Below are positions 1 through 9,761 of a DNA stretch of 64,000 nucleotides, in pieces. The notes beneath the pieces were generated by a model. The model had not been told where the DNA came from. It did no database searches and saw only the letters and a list, made by a program, of their open reading frames with translations. The number at the start of each line of letters is the position of its first letter. The stretch's first letter is position 1. Origin of the DNA: Pseudomonadota bacterium (GTDB lineage: Bacteria; Desulfobacterota; Desulfobulbia; Desulfobulbales; JAGXFP01); NCBI GenBank assembly GCA_018814305.1, contig JAHJAA010000060.1, positions 25,233 to 89,232 on the forward strand, read 5' to 3'. A program made the position numbers and the translations under genes.

Positions 1-2308
1 CACCTCATCATGGACAGAGGGTTCTGTGGTTCTCGACCGTTACCGGATTCTGGAAATCATCTCCGGGGCCATGGGTAACGTGTTTATCAGCGAACATCTC
101 GGTTGGCAGGTCAAGCTGGCCATCAAAGCCCCCCGCCCTGAAGTTCTTACCGATTTGGAGGGATTTAACCGGATTAAAAAAGAGGCTGAGGGGTGGATCA
201 ATATGGGTATGCACCCCAATATTGCCACCTGTTACTATGTCCTCACCCTGGACGAAGTCCCCTTTCTCTTTATCGAATATGTCAACGGCGGGAGCCTCCA
301 TGACTGGATTACCTTAGGGCGCTGCCGGGATCTGCGGAATACGCTTTCACTCGCAATTCAATTTTGTCACGGCATGGAATTCACCCACTCCAAGGGCATT
401 ATTCATAGGGACATCAAACCGAGAAACATCTTATTAACCCGTGATTCTCTGTTGAAAATTACCGATTTTGGCATCATGTTGAATACTGCGGATCCGGCCC
501 CGCAGAACCAGCTTCCAGCCACTGCCCAATCTCAGCACCCCGATATCACCAACGGATTCAGAGGCACCCCCGGTTTCGCCTCTCCGGAACAGTTTCGCGA
601 CACCCATAGGGTTGATCGTCGAACAGATATATTTTCCTTCGGAGTCTGCCTGTGGCTCATGCTTTGCGGACGTAAGCCATTTGAGCGCAATGACCTTGAG
701 CTCCCCCCTCCCACTCCGCGGCCCCAGGCAAACGGAATAAAATTTCCACCGGTATTAAGCGAATTGCTCAAACGCTCCGTAGCCTACGACCCAGATGAAA
801 GGATTGGAGATTTCACCGAACTACGATCCCTCCTGAATGAGGCTCATCTCAGCCTTTACGGAGTCCCCAGTCCTTATTACAACCTGACCGGCATTGATCT
901 GCGATCGGAAAGCCTTAACAACCATGCGATCTCATTAAGTGAATTGGATCGAGGCGACCAGGCGATAGAGGCTCTGTACCATGCCCTGGATATCAATGAC
1001 AGTCTAACCGAGGCTATTTACAACCTTGCCATTATCCGATGGAAACGAAACGAAGCAAATCCCGCCCATCTGATCAGGCAACTCACTGCCGCATCGAAAA
1101 GACTGAAAGAAAAGGAATTTCTGCTGGCTCTTGCTGAAAAAATCAAAAACCGGAGCACAACCGATTCCCCCTCCTCATTCGAGTACCCCGAGCTTAAGCT
1201 CTGCCCTCCTCCGAGTTCTCTTCAGATTTACCGAGAAGACCAGTTGCGTAACGCCATCCATCAGGACATCCAAGGCCATCTCAAGGCAGGACGGAACCAG
1301 GAATGCCAGGAGAGCCTCCTCGCCTCCTGGCGAACTCGCCGTTTTGTTAAAGAACGGCTCTACACCACTACCTATCAAGCACTCATCAAGACCGGAAAAA
1401 AGCACAGGGCCATTGCCATAATCAGACTGAATACCCTGCAAGCCTCATCACGGGCCATCTCCTCCCTTGCCTGTATTGATGGTAAATGGATCATCGCCGC
1501 CGATGGAACTAAGCGAATAATTCTCTGGGACCCCATCCACAAAAAAAAATCTACAATCACGAACGACAACGGAGAGAAAGTCACCTCACTCCTGGTCAAT
1601 CCCACCCGTCCCGTTCTCTACATATACGATGAACGGGGGCGAATTTTATCCTGGTCACCTCTCCACCCTGCCCCCCAGGTAATCTGTCAGCTTGACTCAG
1701 CCATCGTTGCCACCTGTATCAATGACTCAGGTTCAGTCATGGCAACGATCGACCGCAACAACATCCTGGGATTTATCGATCTGGCCAACAACTCCCTGAT
1801 CAGCAAAAAAATAATTGATCCCCCCATCACATCCTTGGCCTTTACCGGGCATCACAGGGATCTTGTCATGGGAACCAATAATGGCCTTATCCACTATTAT
1901 GAAGAAGGTGCCCAGCTCATTAAGATGAGCATCGAAGCCCATGGGAACGGCGTGACCAGTCTGCTGCCATCACCCTCCCAAGGAAGGTTTCACTCGGTGG
2001 GACAAGACGGTTGGGTCAAGCACTATGAATCATCATCAGGGCTCCTGCTCAAATCATTTCGAACCGAGGCAAACTCACCTCTGGCCGCTTTGTCCCTACC
2101 GGAAAAAACGCTTATTCTGACCGACGGTGGAGACGACCTGATCCATCTCTGCAACTGGCAATCCGCTGACAATCTCGACTCTTTGGACTGTCGGGGTAAC
2201 GGAGTTAGCTGTCTGGCCAAGGGCCCTCGTCCTCACATTATTCTAGCCGGGTGTCGAAATGGATCCATCGTCCTGGTGATGGTCCTTTACGAATTAACAT
2301 TTGACTGA
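1..2308 (+). CDS. Hanks-type Ser/Thr protein kinase with TPR-like and WD40 repeats (probably 5'-truncated)
   Basis: Kinase motifs SGAMGNV, LAIK, HRDIKPRN, DFG and GTPGFASPE, then a TPR-like helix (LNNHAISLSEL...EAIYNLAII) and C-terminal WD-like repeats (AHGNGVTSL, GQDGWVK). The frame is open from position 2 (TSSWTEGSVVLDRY), so the true start probably lies upstream of the window. Confidence 0.9.
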   Translation, partial: TSSWTEGSVVLDRYRILEIISGAMGNVFISEHLGWQVKLAIKAPRPEVLTDLEGFNRIKKEAEGWINMGMHPNIATCYYVLTLDEVPFLFIEYVNGGSLHDWITLGRCRDLRNTLSLAIQFCHGMEFTHSKGIIHRDIKPRNILLTRDSLLKITDFGIMLNTADPAPQNQLPATAQSQHPDITNGFRGTPGFASPEQFRDTHRVDRRTDIFSFGVCLWLMLCGRKPFERNDLELPPPTPRPQANGIKFPPVLSELLKRSVAYDPDERIGDFTELRSLLNEAHLSLYGVPSPYYNLTGIDLRSESLNNHAISLSELDRGDQAIEALYHALDINDSLTEAIYNLAIIRWKRNEANPAHLIRQLTAASKRLKEKEFLLALAEKIKNRSTTDSPSSFEYPELKLCPPPSSLQIYREDQLRNAIHQDIQGHLKAGRNQECQESLLASWRTRRFVKERLYTTTYQALIKTGKKHRAIAIIRLNTLQASSRAISSLACIDGKWIIAADGTKRIILWDPIHKKKSTITNDNGEKVTSLLVNPTRPVLYIYDERGRILSWSPLHPAPQVICQLDSAIVATCINDSGSVMATIDRNNILGFIDLANNSLISKKIIDPPITSLAFTGHHRDLVMGTNNGLIHYYEEGAQLIKMSIEAHGNGVTSLLPSPSQGRFHSVGQDGWVKHYESSSGLLLKSFRTEANSPLAALSLPEKTLILTDGGDDLIHLCNWQSADNLDSLDCRGNGVSCLAKGPRPHIILAGCRNGSIVLVMVLYELTFD

Positions 2309-2558
2309 ACATGGTGGACATGTTTTCTTATGCAGTAGAGCCTTCTGATTAAAAGATAAACATAGAGGCCTTAACGTAAACGACTAGGAAATAGCACCTC
2401 ACTTTCCCCGATTGGTTACACCTGCCTCCTGAGTCCATCACCCTTATCTTGTTAGGTGAAGCATATTATTTTGAATCCGATCAAAATTCGAACGCAATCC
2501 GGCCCCTTTTTTTTGACGATTTCTATATCGTGCTGGCGCTTCACTGGGAGATCAGTTG

Positions 2559-3332
2559 ATGATCAACTTCTTTAAGCGACTCTTTCGTACAAAATCCCTA
2601 CCTATGTCCTCTGCCGGACTGACCCACCCAGGGTTGGTCAGAAAAAAAAACGAAGACCATTTTGTCCAATTCAAAGATCGCAAACTCTTCCTGGTCGCAG
2701 ACGGAATGGGTGGCCATCAAGGCGGGGAAGTGGCCAGTCATACAGCAATCCAGATCATAGCCGACGATCTTACCGATACAGTTTTGACTTCCGCTGGATC
2801 CGATCAAGCTGAAATCCGCCATGCCTTGCTGAGAAGTTTTGAACGGGCCAACAATGCTGTGATGGTAAGAGCCAACTCAGATGAAACGTTAACCGGCATG
2901 GGCTGCACTCTGATCGCTGCTGTATTGAATGGCCAGACCCTTCATACCTGCCATGTCGGAGATACCCGATGTTACGTGGTTGACGATCTTGCTCTCCACC
3001 AGATCACCCAGGACCACTCGGCCCTGGTTGAACGACTTAATGATTCCAGCCCAAACTTGGAAAATGATCCTCTCCCAGCGAGACATGCGGTCACCAGAGT
3101 GATCGGCTTCCCTTTTCCGGAACCTCCGGAATATAACGCGGTTCACATCAAGTCTGGAGATCGCATACTGCTCTGCTCCGACGGACTGTGGTCCATGGTT
3201 GATGAAGAGAGCATCCGCACTGTTCTGCAAGAGGCACGCTCTGCTGAAAAAACGGTGGAAACCTTGATTGATCTGGCCAACGAGGCTGGCGGCCTAGACA
3301 ATATCACTGCCGTATTGATTATGATCGACTGA
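2559..3332 (+). CDS. PP2C/Stp1-family Ser/Thr protein phosphatase
   Basis: Motifs GLVRKKNED, VADGMGGH, GMGCTL, HVGDTR, LCSDGL and GGLDNIT; ATG at 2559 after GGGAG. Confidence 0.93.
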   Translation: MINFFKRLFRTKSLPMSSAGLTHPGLVRKKNEDHFVQFKDRKLFLVADGMGGHQGGEVASHTAIQIIADDLTDTVLTSAGSDQAEIRHALLRSFERANNAVMVRANSDETLTGMGCTLIAAVLNGQTLHTCHVGDTRCYVVDDLALHQITQDHSALVERLNDSSPNLENDPLPARHAVTRVIGFPFPEPPEYNAVHIKSGDRILLCSDGLWSMVDEESIRTVLQEARSAEKTVETLIDLANEAGGLDNITAVLIMID

Positions 3333-3788
3333 CCAATAAAATCCCCCCAGGCAAGAGAACCCCCAAAATCAAGTTTATTCCAGGGTTTCCAACAAATGAT
3401 TTAAGATAACGGGATTACATTTGAGAGCATGCCCCCCCTTTGCCTCCCAATCTACACCCTTGATTCCCGTGCAGTTCACCTTCTCCATAGTCCACAGAAT
3501 CATTCGCAGAAAGCCCCCCAATTTTAATACGTCTCTTGAGCACAGTAATCACTTGAAAACCATTCAAGGCCATTTTCATATTTCGGTTCAAACCATACAC
3601 ATTCATCGGTGTGGTCGATACGCTGTTGATATCGTATATACGACAATTAACTCCTGGCCTTTACAAATATTTACCCATCTCATTTTACGTTTGATCAGAT
3701 GCGCGTTGGTTCATTGACAAACCGGCTTCAAGATGTTTTAATCATCTTTATTTTTTTCAGTTACTCGACATCAATAGTGAGAAAGGCG

Positions 3789-4700
3789 ATGGACCGTAAA
3801 CTACACATCATAGTTACCGGTGAGCAGGGCTTGGCCAGAACTTTTGTTTTGTCCAAACCTATTGTCTTGAGAGTGCTGATATTTCTCGTTCTGATCTTAT
3901 CGATCACCACGACCGCTACCTTCCAATTCTCGTTCACCAATGTCGACCTTCAGCAAAAAGTATCGACCCTGCAAAGCAACCTCAACGAACTCTCCGCTGA
4001 AAACAAGACCCTGAATTCTCAAGTTCTCAACCTTGAAGAGAAGAACAAAACCCAACTCACCGGGGTTTATGGCGAACTCAGCCAAAGAAGCCAGACCATT
4101 GACACAATCCTGGGGACCCTTGACATCGTTTCACCAGAAAAGAAAAGCCGATCTGGAGGAAAAGGCGGTCCTGCCCCACCCATGAATACTGATAACAGCG
4201 GAGGCCCTTTCATCGGAATTTCTGGAGATTCGTGTGAAGATCTAATCATGAAGGTCGACCGGGACATGGATCTTCTTCGTTTTCTTCCCCTGGGATATCC
4301 GGTCAAGGCCAATCGAATCTCTTCCTCGTATGGCCGCCGCACCGATCCCATGAACGGCATACTCGCCTTTCATGACGGTGTTGACCTGAGTGGAGAACCC
4401 GGACTTCAAGTAAAGGCCACCGCCGACGGTAGAGTCCTTGAAAGGGGGAACAACCCTACCTATGGCTGGTACGTCAAGGTTGATCACGGCAACCGTTTCA
4501 CCACGCTCTATGCCCACAACCAAAAGTTGCTGGTAAAAAAAGGCGACACAGTGACCCGAGGGCAGATCATTGCCACAATGGGCAACAGCGGTCGCTCCAC
4601 GGGCCCCCATCTCCATTATGAAATCCGCTATAAAAAAAAACCGGTCAATCCTCTTAAATTCCTGAATATCTACAAACTCATTTCCACTGGGGACGCCTGA
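3789..4700 (+). CDS. M23-family (LytM) peptidoglycan endopeptidase with N-terminal TM helix and coiled coil
   Basis: HDGVD (HxxxD), YAH and GRSTGPHLHYE motifs; start placed at ATG 3789 after AAGG. Confidence 0.92.
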   Translation: MDRKLHIIVTGEQGLARTFVLSKPIVLRVLIFLVLILSITTTATFQFSFTNVDLQQKVSTLQSNLNELSAENKTLNSQVLNLEEKNKTQLTGVYGELSQRSQTIDTILGTLDIVSPEKKSRSGGKGGPAPPMNTDNSGGPFIGISGDSCEDLIMKVDRDMDLLRFLPLGYPVKANRISSSYGRRTDPMNGILAFHDGVDLSGEPGLQVKATADGRVLERGNNPTYGWYVKVDHGNRFTTLYAHNQKLLVKKGDTVTRGQIIATMGNSGRSTGPHLHYEIRYKKKPVNPLKFLNIYKLISTGDA

Positions 4701-4702
4701 CC

Positions 4703-5146
4703 ATGGGATTATTTAAAGGTTCCGCCGACTCTGCCCAAACCGAAAACAACGGGGGAATCAGTAGTATTATCGGAAAAGGAATGACAGTGGTCGGTGACCT
4801 CACCTTCTCAGGTAAAGTGCGCATTGATGGCAATATTGAGGGAAACATCACCGGTGATTATCTTATCCTCAGTCAGGACGGCAACATTACCGGCGACATC
4901 GAGGCAGCAACGGTAGTCTGTCACGGTCAGATCGACGGAAATCTGAGAATTGCCAAGCTCTACCTGAAAAAAAGCGGTGTGATTAACGGACGCCTTGACA
5001 CCTCTGATCTTTCCGTGGAATCCGGTGGCGTCTTGAATGGTGAAATCCGTTCACATGCGGCCACTCAAGAGGTCGGCCTCAACCAGATTACAGCCTCTCC
5101 AGAAAAAGAGATACATCCTCCCTCTCTGCCTCACGCTATCTCGTAA
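4703..5146 (+). CDS. Bactofilin (CcmA-like polymer-forming cytoskeletal protein)
   Basis: SIIGKGMTVVGDL...RIDGNIEGNI beta-helix repeats; begins 2 nt after the M23 gene stop. Confidence 0.92.
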   Translation: MGLFKGSADSAQTENNGGISSIIGKGMTVVGDLTFSGKVRIDGNIEGNITGDYLILSQDGNITGDIEAATVVCHGQIDGNLRIAKLYLKKSGVINGRLDTSDLSVESGGVLNGEIRSHAATQEVGLNQITASPEKEIHPPSLPHAIS

Positions 5147-5423
5147 TCTTACAAAAAATCGTTACTATCCAGCATGATCGCACTGAAGGGACAAAAGCCA
5201 CCGAACTGTAACTGTTCAGATGTGCCCTAGATTCCCGCCATTTGGACGATCAGTCTATACCCCGGGTATGCTGGGCGAGCAGATGGTAAGGAGATTGGAC
5301 GAGAATTCCGGTGCCCCCCATGGAACGACATATCGGTCCGGACATTTTTCTGAGAAATCCCGAGACTTATTCCGGTTTTCTCACCTCTATTAATGATCAT
5401 TTACGGGCTGTTCTTCCCCTGGC

Positions 5424-6776
5424 GTGACTTCTCAACCGACCCCCCATATCCCTTTGGCCGAACAGCTTCGCCCGCTGGTTTTAGAGGATTTTATCGGCCA
5501 GGAACACCTTCTGGCTGAAGGCAAACTCCTGCACCGCCTGATCGACCAGCAACAAATTCCCTCACTTATTTTATGGGGCCCCCCGGGGGTCGGCAAGACA
5601 ACCCTGGCCCACATCATTGCCAACACCACCGGGGCAAATTTTGTATTTTTTTCCGCAGTCCTTTCCGGGGTCAAAGAAATTCGATCGATTGTCGAACAGG
5701 CAAAAATCATTCTGAACCTGGAGAGACGTCCTACTATCCTTTTTGTTGATGAAATTCACCGCTTTAACAAAAGCCAGCAGGATGCCTTCCTGCCACATGT
5801 GGAAAGCGGATTACTCACTCTAATCGGAGCGACAACCGAAAATCCTTCCTTTCAGGTCATCGCCCCCCTGCTCTCCAGATGTAGAGTTCTGGTCCTCGAA
5901 CAACTTTCCACCAAGGATCTTCTGGGGATCACCAACCGGGCCATCAATCTCCTCAAGAAAAATGATGCCCGTTGGCAATCATTAACAATTGATGATGATG
6001 CCGCCGATCACCTGGTCAGGATTGCAGACGGAGACGCCAGGCGCCTCTTAAATAGCCTTGAAGTGGCCTGCTCTCTTCTTGAAAATGGTGCCGACACCAA
6101 ACAGGCCCTGACCCTTGACCTGGTCGAAGAGGCCATCCAGCGCCGTAGCCTTCGATATGACAAGGACGGAGAAGAACATTACAATTTAATCTCAGCTCTC
6201 CATAAAAGTATGCGCGATAGCGACCCCGACGGCTCCCTCTACTGGCTTGTTCGAATGCTGCACGCAGGGGAAGAACCCCTCTATATTGCCAGAAGGCTCA
6301 TCCGTTTCGCCTCTGAGGATATTGGGGTAGCCGACCCGACCGCACTCGCCCTAGCACTCAATGCCCGAGAAAGCTATCGAATCCTCGGCTCTCCGGAAGG
6401 CGAACTCTCTTTGGCCCAGGCCGTGATCTACCTGGCCACAGCTCCCAAGAGTAATGCATCATACATGGCCTACCGTGGGGTCTCTCAAGAAATCATGAAA
6501 AGCGGGAGCCTTCCGGTTCCCATGCATATTCGTAACGCTCCCACCGGTTTAATGAAAAAACTTGGGTATGGCGAAGGTTACCAGTATGCCCATGATCATG
6601 CCGATTCCATCGTGTTTCAAGAGCATCTACCCGATGAGCTTCGTGGAAAACAATTCTATCATCCTAGCAACCGTGGCCACGAAGCGGTAGTTGGTGATCG
6701 CCTGAGCAAGTGGCGAAAAATACTTGAACAACGCCAGCACCAAAAAACGGAACCAACCCATCAGCTCAAAAAGTGA
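5424..6776 (+). CDS. rarA: Replication-associated recombination protein A (RarA/MgsA)
   Basis: PLAEQLRP, Walker [38 protein letters not shown] and SEDIG. Confidence 0.96.
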   Translation: MTSQPTPHIPLAEQLRPLVLEDFIGQEHLLAEGKLLHRLIDQQQIPSLILWGPPGVGKTTLAHIIANTTGANFVFFSAVLSGVKEIRSIVEQAKIILNLERRPTILFVDEIHRFNKSQQDAFLPHVESGLLTLIGATTENPSFQVIAPLLSRCRVLVLEQLSTKDLLGITNRAINLLKKNDARWQSLTIDDDAADHLVRIADGDARRLLNSLEVACSLLENGADTKQALTLDLVEEAIQRRSLRYDKDGEEHYNLISALHKSMRDSDPDGSLYWLVRMLHAGEEPLYIARRLIRFASEDIGVADPTALALALNARESYRILGSPEGELSLAQAVIYLATAPKSNASYMAYRGVSQEIMKSGSLPVPMHIRNAPTGLMKKLGYGEGYQYAHDHADSIVFQEHLPDELRGKQFYHPSNRGHEAVVGDRLSKWRKILEQRQHQKTEPTHQLKK

Positions 6777-6818
6777 CTTTGATTACAAACTGAAAGACCC
6801 CTTAAAAGGAATCACCTT

Positions 6819-8354
6819 ATGAAACAATCAGCCTTTATTTATGTTCTGTTCATCTTCAGCCTTATCGTTCCCCGGACCTCCGGAGCGGCCCCTCAATCCA
6901 ACTTCACCATTCTTTTTTCCAACAACGTCAATGGTGAAACCGAACCATGCGGTTGAAAGGCTCACCAATTGGGCGGTCTGTCCAAAAAAGCGTCACTCTT
7001 CAGTCAACAGCAGGGAACATCTGAAGACACCCTGATTCTTGATGGGGGAGGACTCCTCTTTGACTCCCCCCGAATAACTGTCCACAAAATCAAACAGGCA
7101 GAAATCAACGCCCAGGGCATTATTAAAGCCTATAATCTCATTGGCTACGATGCAGTCGGTATCACCGGTCAGGACCTGGCCGCTGGGTACGATTTTCTCA
7201 ACAAAATCAAGAAAGAATCCAACTTTGCCTGGCTCAGTGCCAATCTCTATCTAAAGGACTCTGTTCTTCCTCTTTTCCAACCATTTCTTTCAAAAATGAT
7301 CGGGAACCAAGCCATAACCATTATCGGATTGACCGGCCCAGGGCTTGACGGTGACCGACAGTTGGAAGAAAAAATCGTCATTCGCCCCTGGCAGGAGATC
7401 CTCCCTGATCTACTCAACACCTCAAAAATAAAAAACACCTTTATTATTTTGCTCACCGACCTGGATCGGAAAAGCTGCCAGGAAATAACCGAACTTTACC
7501 CAAGCATCAACCTCATCATCCAGGCTGCAAATCAGGACGAAAATATCTCTCCGGTTCCGCTCAATGAAACAACTCTCTTGACCTCAACCGGACGAAAAGG
7601 AAAATTCACCGGCCTATTGAGCATTTCCTGGATAAACGGGGGGCGCTGGGATGGGCGTCTGACGGCAGAACTTTCCCGGAAGAAAATCGCCAGGGACAGG
7701 GTTGATCTGTTAATCGACCAATACACCGGAAATCCGGAAAAAACCGAATTGATCAAAAAACTTCAGGAGAAGCGCACCATTTTGAGCGCCGAACTGGCCC
7801 AACTGGAATTAAAAACAAGCCAGCTGGAACAAGCCTCATACTCAATAAAATTTTCTGCAATCGAATCTACGTTGCCCGATGCGCCGGATGTGTCCCAGAT
7901 AGTCGAAGAGACCAAGAGACAGGTCAACCGTACCGGTCAAGATGAAGGGATAAACCGTCAATCGCCGGATCGTTCAAAAATTATTTCAAGCAGCTTCATC
8001 GGCTGGAAGGTTTGTGGGTCCTGTCATTCGGCTCAAGTGGCCAGCTGGCAAACGACCCCCCATTTTGCTTCTTTTGCTGGATTAACCGACACGGAGCAGC
8101 AGTTTAACCGCAATTGCATTCCCTGCCATGTTACCGGAGTTTTTTCTGGTTCCGAAGAGTATGCCCTGGAACTTCCAGAAGAGTTGCAGCTGGTCGGATG
8201 CGAGGCTTGTCACGGCCCGGGGCGAAAACATCAGATGGATCCAAAGGGTAATCCTACCATCCCCCCCGACCAAGTGCTTTGCCTGAGGTGCCACAACCCT
8301 GAAAATGATGATTCATTTGATTTCGTTAGGGATAAGGCTAAAGTCCATCCCTGA
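6819..8354 (+). CDS. Probable exported selenoprotein: degenerate UshA/5'-nucleotidase-like domain with a CGU motif, coiled coil and tetraheme c554-like domain (511 aa)
   Basis: ATG 6819 follows AAGGA and encodes a signal peptide in frame with the 6969 ORF. A single in-frame TGA at 6954-6956 gives EPCG-U-KAHQLGG, with a SECIS-like hairpin at 6969-6985. Four CxxCH motifs: CGSCH, CIPCH, CEACH, CLRCH. Confidence 0.85.
6954..6985 (+). promoter_or_regulatory. In-frame UGA plus bacterial SECIS-like element
   Basis: TGA, 12-nt spacer, then TTGGGC-GGTCT-GTCCAA (6-bp stem with one G-U pair). The GGTCTG core resembles the apical loop of the E. coli fdhF SECIS. Confidence 0.8.
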
Positions 8355-8379
8355 ACTCTGAGTCCACCTCTGTTTTGAT

Positions 8380-8414
8380 AAAAAAAAGCCCTGCCGAAAC
8401 GGCAGGGCTTTTTT
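8380..8414. terminator. Bidirectional intrinsic terminator
   Basis: A8-GCCCTGCCG-AAA-CGGCAGGGC-T6 between convergent genes. Confidence 0.9.
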
Positions 8415-8438
8415 GATACTCTTACAAAATAAAAAGAA

Positions 8439-9368
8439 TCAGCAACCAAATGCCTTCTGCAGAGGCGGCACGGTCTGCTTCTTACGGCTCATCATCCCCT
8501 CAACCCACATGGAGCTGCCTGAAATTTTGGCACCGAAAGCCTTTTCAATCAAAGCGTTATCATCAGAAGCCACCAGCAGGTCGGTACCTTCCTTGACGAC
8601 ATCAGTGAGCATAAACAGCACGGAGTGACGACCGTCAGCCTTTTGATCCTGAACAGCCTTATAGAGATCGTCACGAATCGAAGCGACCTGATCCAGGGTG
8701 GCAAGCTCGATCTGACCAATTCCCACCTTTTTACCGTTCATGTCAAAATCTTTGTAGTCACGGAACAAGAGATCCTTGATCGGCACACCGGCAATCGAGG
8801 ATTTGGCCTTGAGCATCTCCATGAACAATGCATCCTGATCGGTAACCCCGGCCAGGGGCAACAAAGCGGCGACCGCGACCTTATCAGCATTGGTGCAGGT
8901 CGGTGACTTGAAATTAACAGTATCGCTCAGGATAGCACAGAGCATAGCGCCGGCGATATTCTTCGGCAGATCCACTTTACTGTTCTGGTACATCTCCATA
9001 AGCACTGTACAGGTGCAACCAACCGGTTTCGCATAAAAGAAAATAGGACCGTTGGTGGTAACATCACCGATCTTATGATGATCGACGATACCAACCACGT
9101 TGGCACTACCGAGATTAGCCGGACCCTGGGCGAGATCACTGAAATCGACCAGAGCGACATCCTTGCCCGCAGCGTCGGTGAGTTCAGCCGGAGCGGTGAG
9201 ACCAAACTTCTCCAACACAACCTTACTCTCCGGATTCAACTTGTCGGCAGAAATCTGCATACAGGCGACGGCATCGGTGCCGGTTGCCTTCAGGTAATTG
9301 GCATAGGCAATCGCTGAGGCGACGGAATCGGTGTCGGGGTTGGAATGACCTACAACGTGGATACTCAT
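8439..9368 (-). CDS. ppaC: Manganese-dependent (family II) inorganic pyrophosphatase
   Basis: GHSNPDTDS, DHH, AILSDT, DYKDF and SRKKQ motifs; start MSIH at 9368 after GGAGG. Confidence 0.95.
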   Translation of the reverse strand: MSIHVVGHSNPDTDSVASAIAYANYLKATGTDAVACMQISADKLNPESKVVLEKFGLTAPAELTDAAGKDVALVDFSDLAQGPANLGSANVVGIVDHHKIGDVTTNGPIFFYAKPVGCTCTVLMEMYQNSKVDLPKNIAGAMLCAILSDTVNFKSPTCTNADKVAVAALLPLAGVTDQDALFMEMLKAKSSIAGVPIKDLLFRDYKDFDMNGKKVGIGQIELATLDQVASIRDDLYKAVQDQKADGRHSVLFMLTDVVKEGTDLLVASDDNALIEKAFGAKISGSSMWVEGMMSRKKQTVPPLQKAFGC

Positions 9369-9434
9369 TTCAAATTCCTCCATAAAAAATTATTAAAACA
9401 TCATAATAAACATGAGAACTCTCAGTCATATCAT

Positions 9435-9523
9435 TAGGGCCTGCTATGGATGACAACGGGGTCGGAATATGAACACCTAATTCCTAGTTATCTGACCACC
9501 GCTTGAGACCTCCTCAAACCCTT
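9435..9523 (-). ncRNA. Structured 5' leader of ppaC; candidate Na+-I (DUF1646) riboswitch aptamer
   Basis: Minus-strand sequence AGGGUU-[UGAG GAGGU CUCA]-AGCGGU...CAG...CCGUUGUC...AGCAGGCCCU; the ends pair (AGGGUU/GGCCCU). It starts just after the predicted TSS. The family match is from my recollection of the consensus, not from a covariance search. Confidence 0.55.
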
Positions 9524-9534
9524 AAAAGTTGGAG

Positions 9535-9563
9535 ATTTTAGTGCCAATACCACCCAGAGTCAA
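9535..9563 (-). promoter_or_regulatory. sigma70 promoter of ppaC
   Basis: TTGACT-17 nt-TAAAAT on the minus strand. Confidence 0.75.
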
Positions 9564-9761
9564 GCTGTAAAAAAAAAAATTCCAATTGTTCATCATTTCC
9601 TACTATTATATTGATATAGACAAGATAGAAATCCCTAAAACTCTTCTTGAAAAATAGTTACAATAATCACTCTCGTTGACCGTTTTCAATAAAGTGAACC
9701 CAACTACAAAGGAGAAAGGTACCGGTTCGTCTCGTCAAAACCCGGTTCTTCGCAATTCGAC

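Noticed and set aside
3415-3717. Short ORFs 3421-3717(+) and 3415-3606(-)
   Set aside because: No RBS or motif; most likely the promoter region of the M23 gene.
5200-5225. GTAACTGTTCAG, reminiscent of a MITE/IS terminal repeat
   Set aside because: I could not find a matching opposite end nearby; too short to call.
6969-8354. ORF-track start at TTG 6969, or reading 6819-6956 as a pseudogene
   Set aside because: Starting at 6969 leaves a c-type cytochrome without a signal peptide. RBS, signal peptide, CGU motif and SECIS together favour Sec read-through.
9435-9530. ppaC leader as a fluoride or yybP-ykoY (Mn2+) riboswitch
   Set aside because: It lacks GGNGAUGG...CURAUGAC and GGGGAGUAGC...GAGACC hallmarks, although both would suit ppaC biologically.
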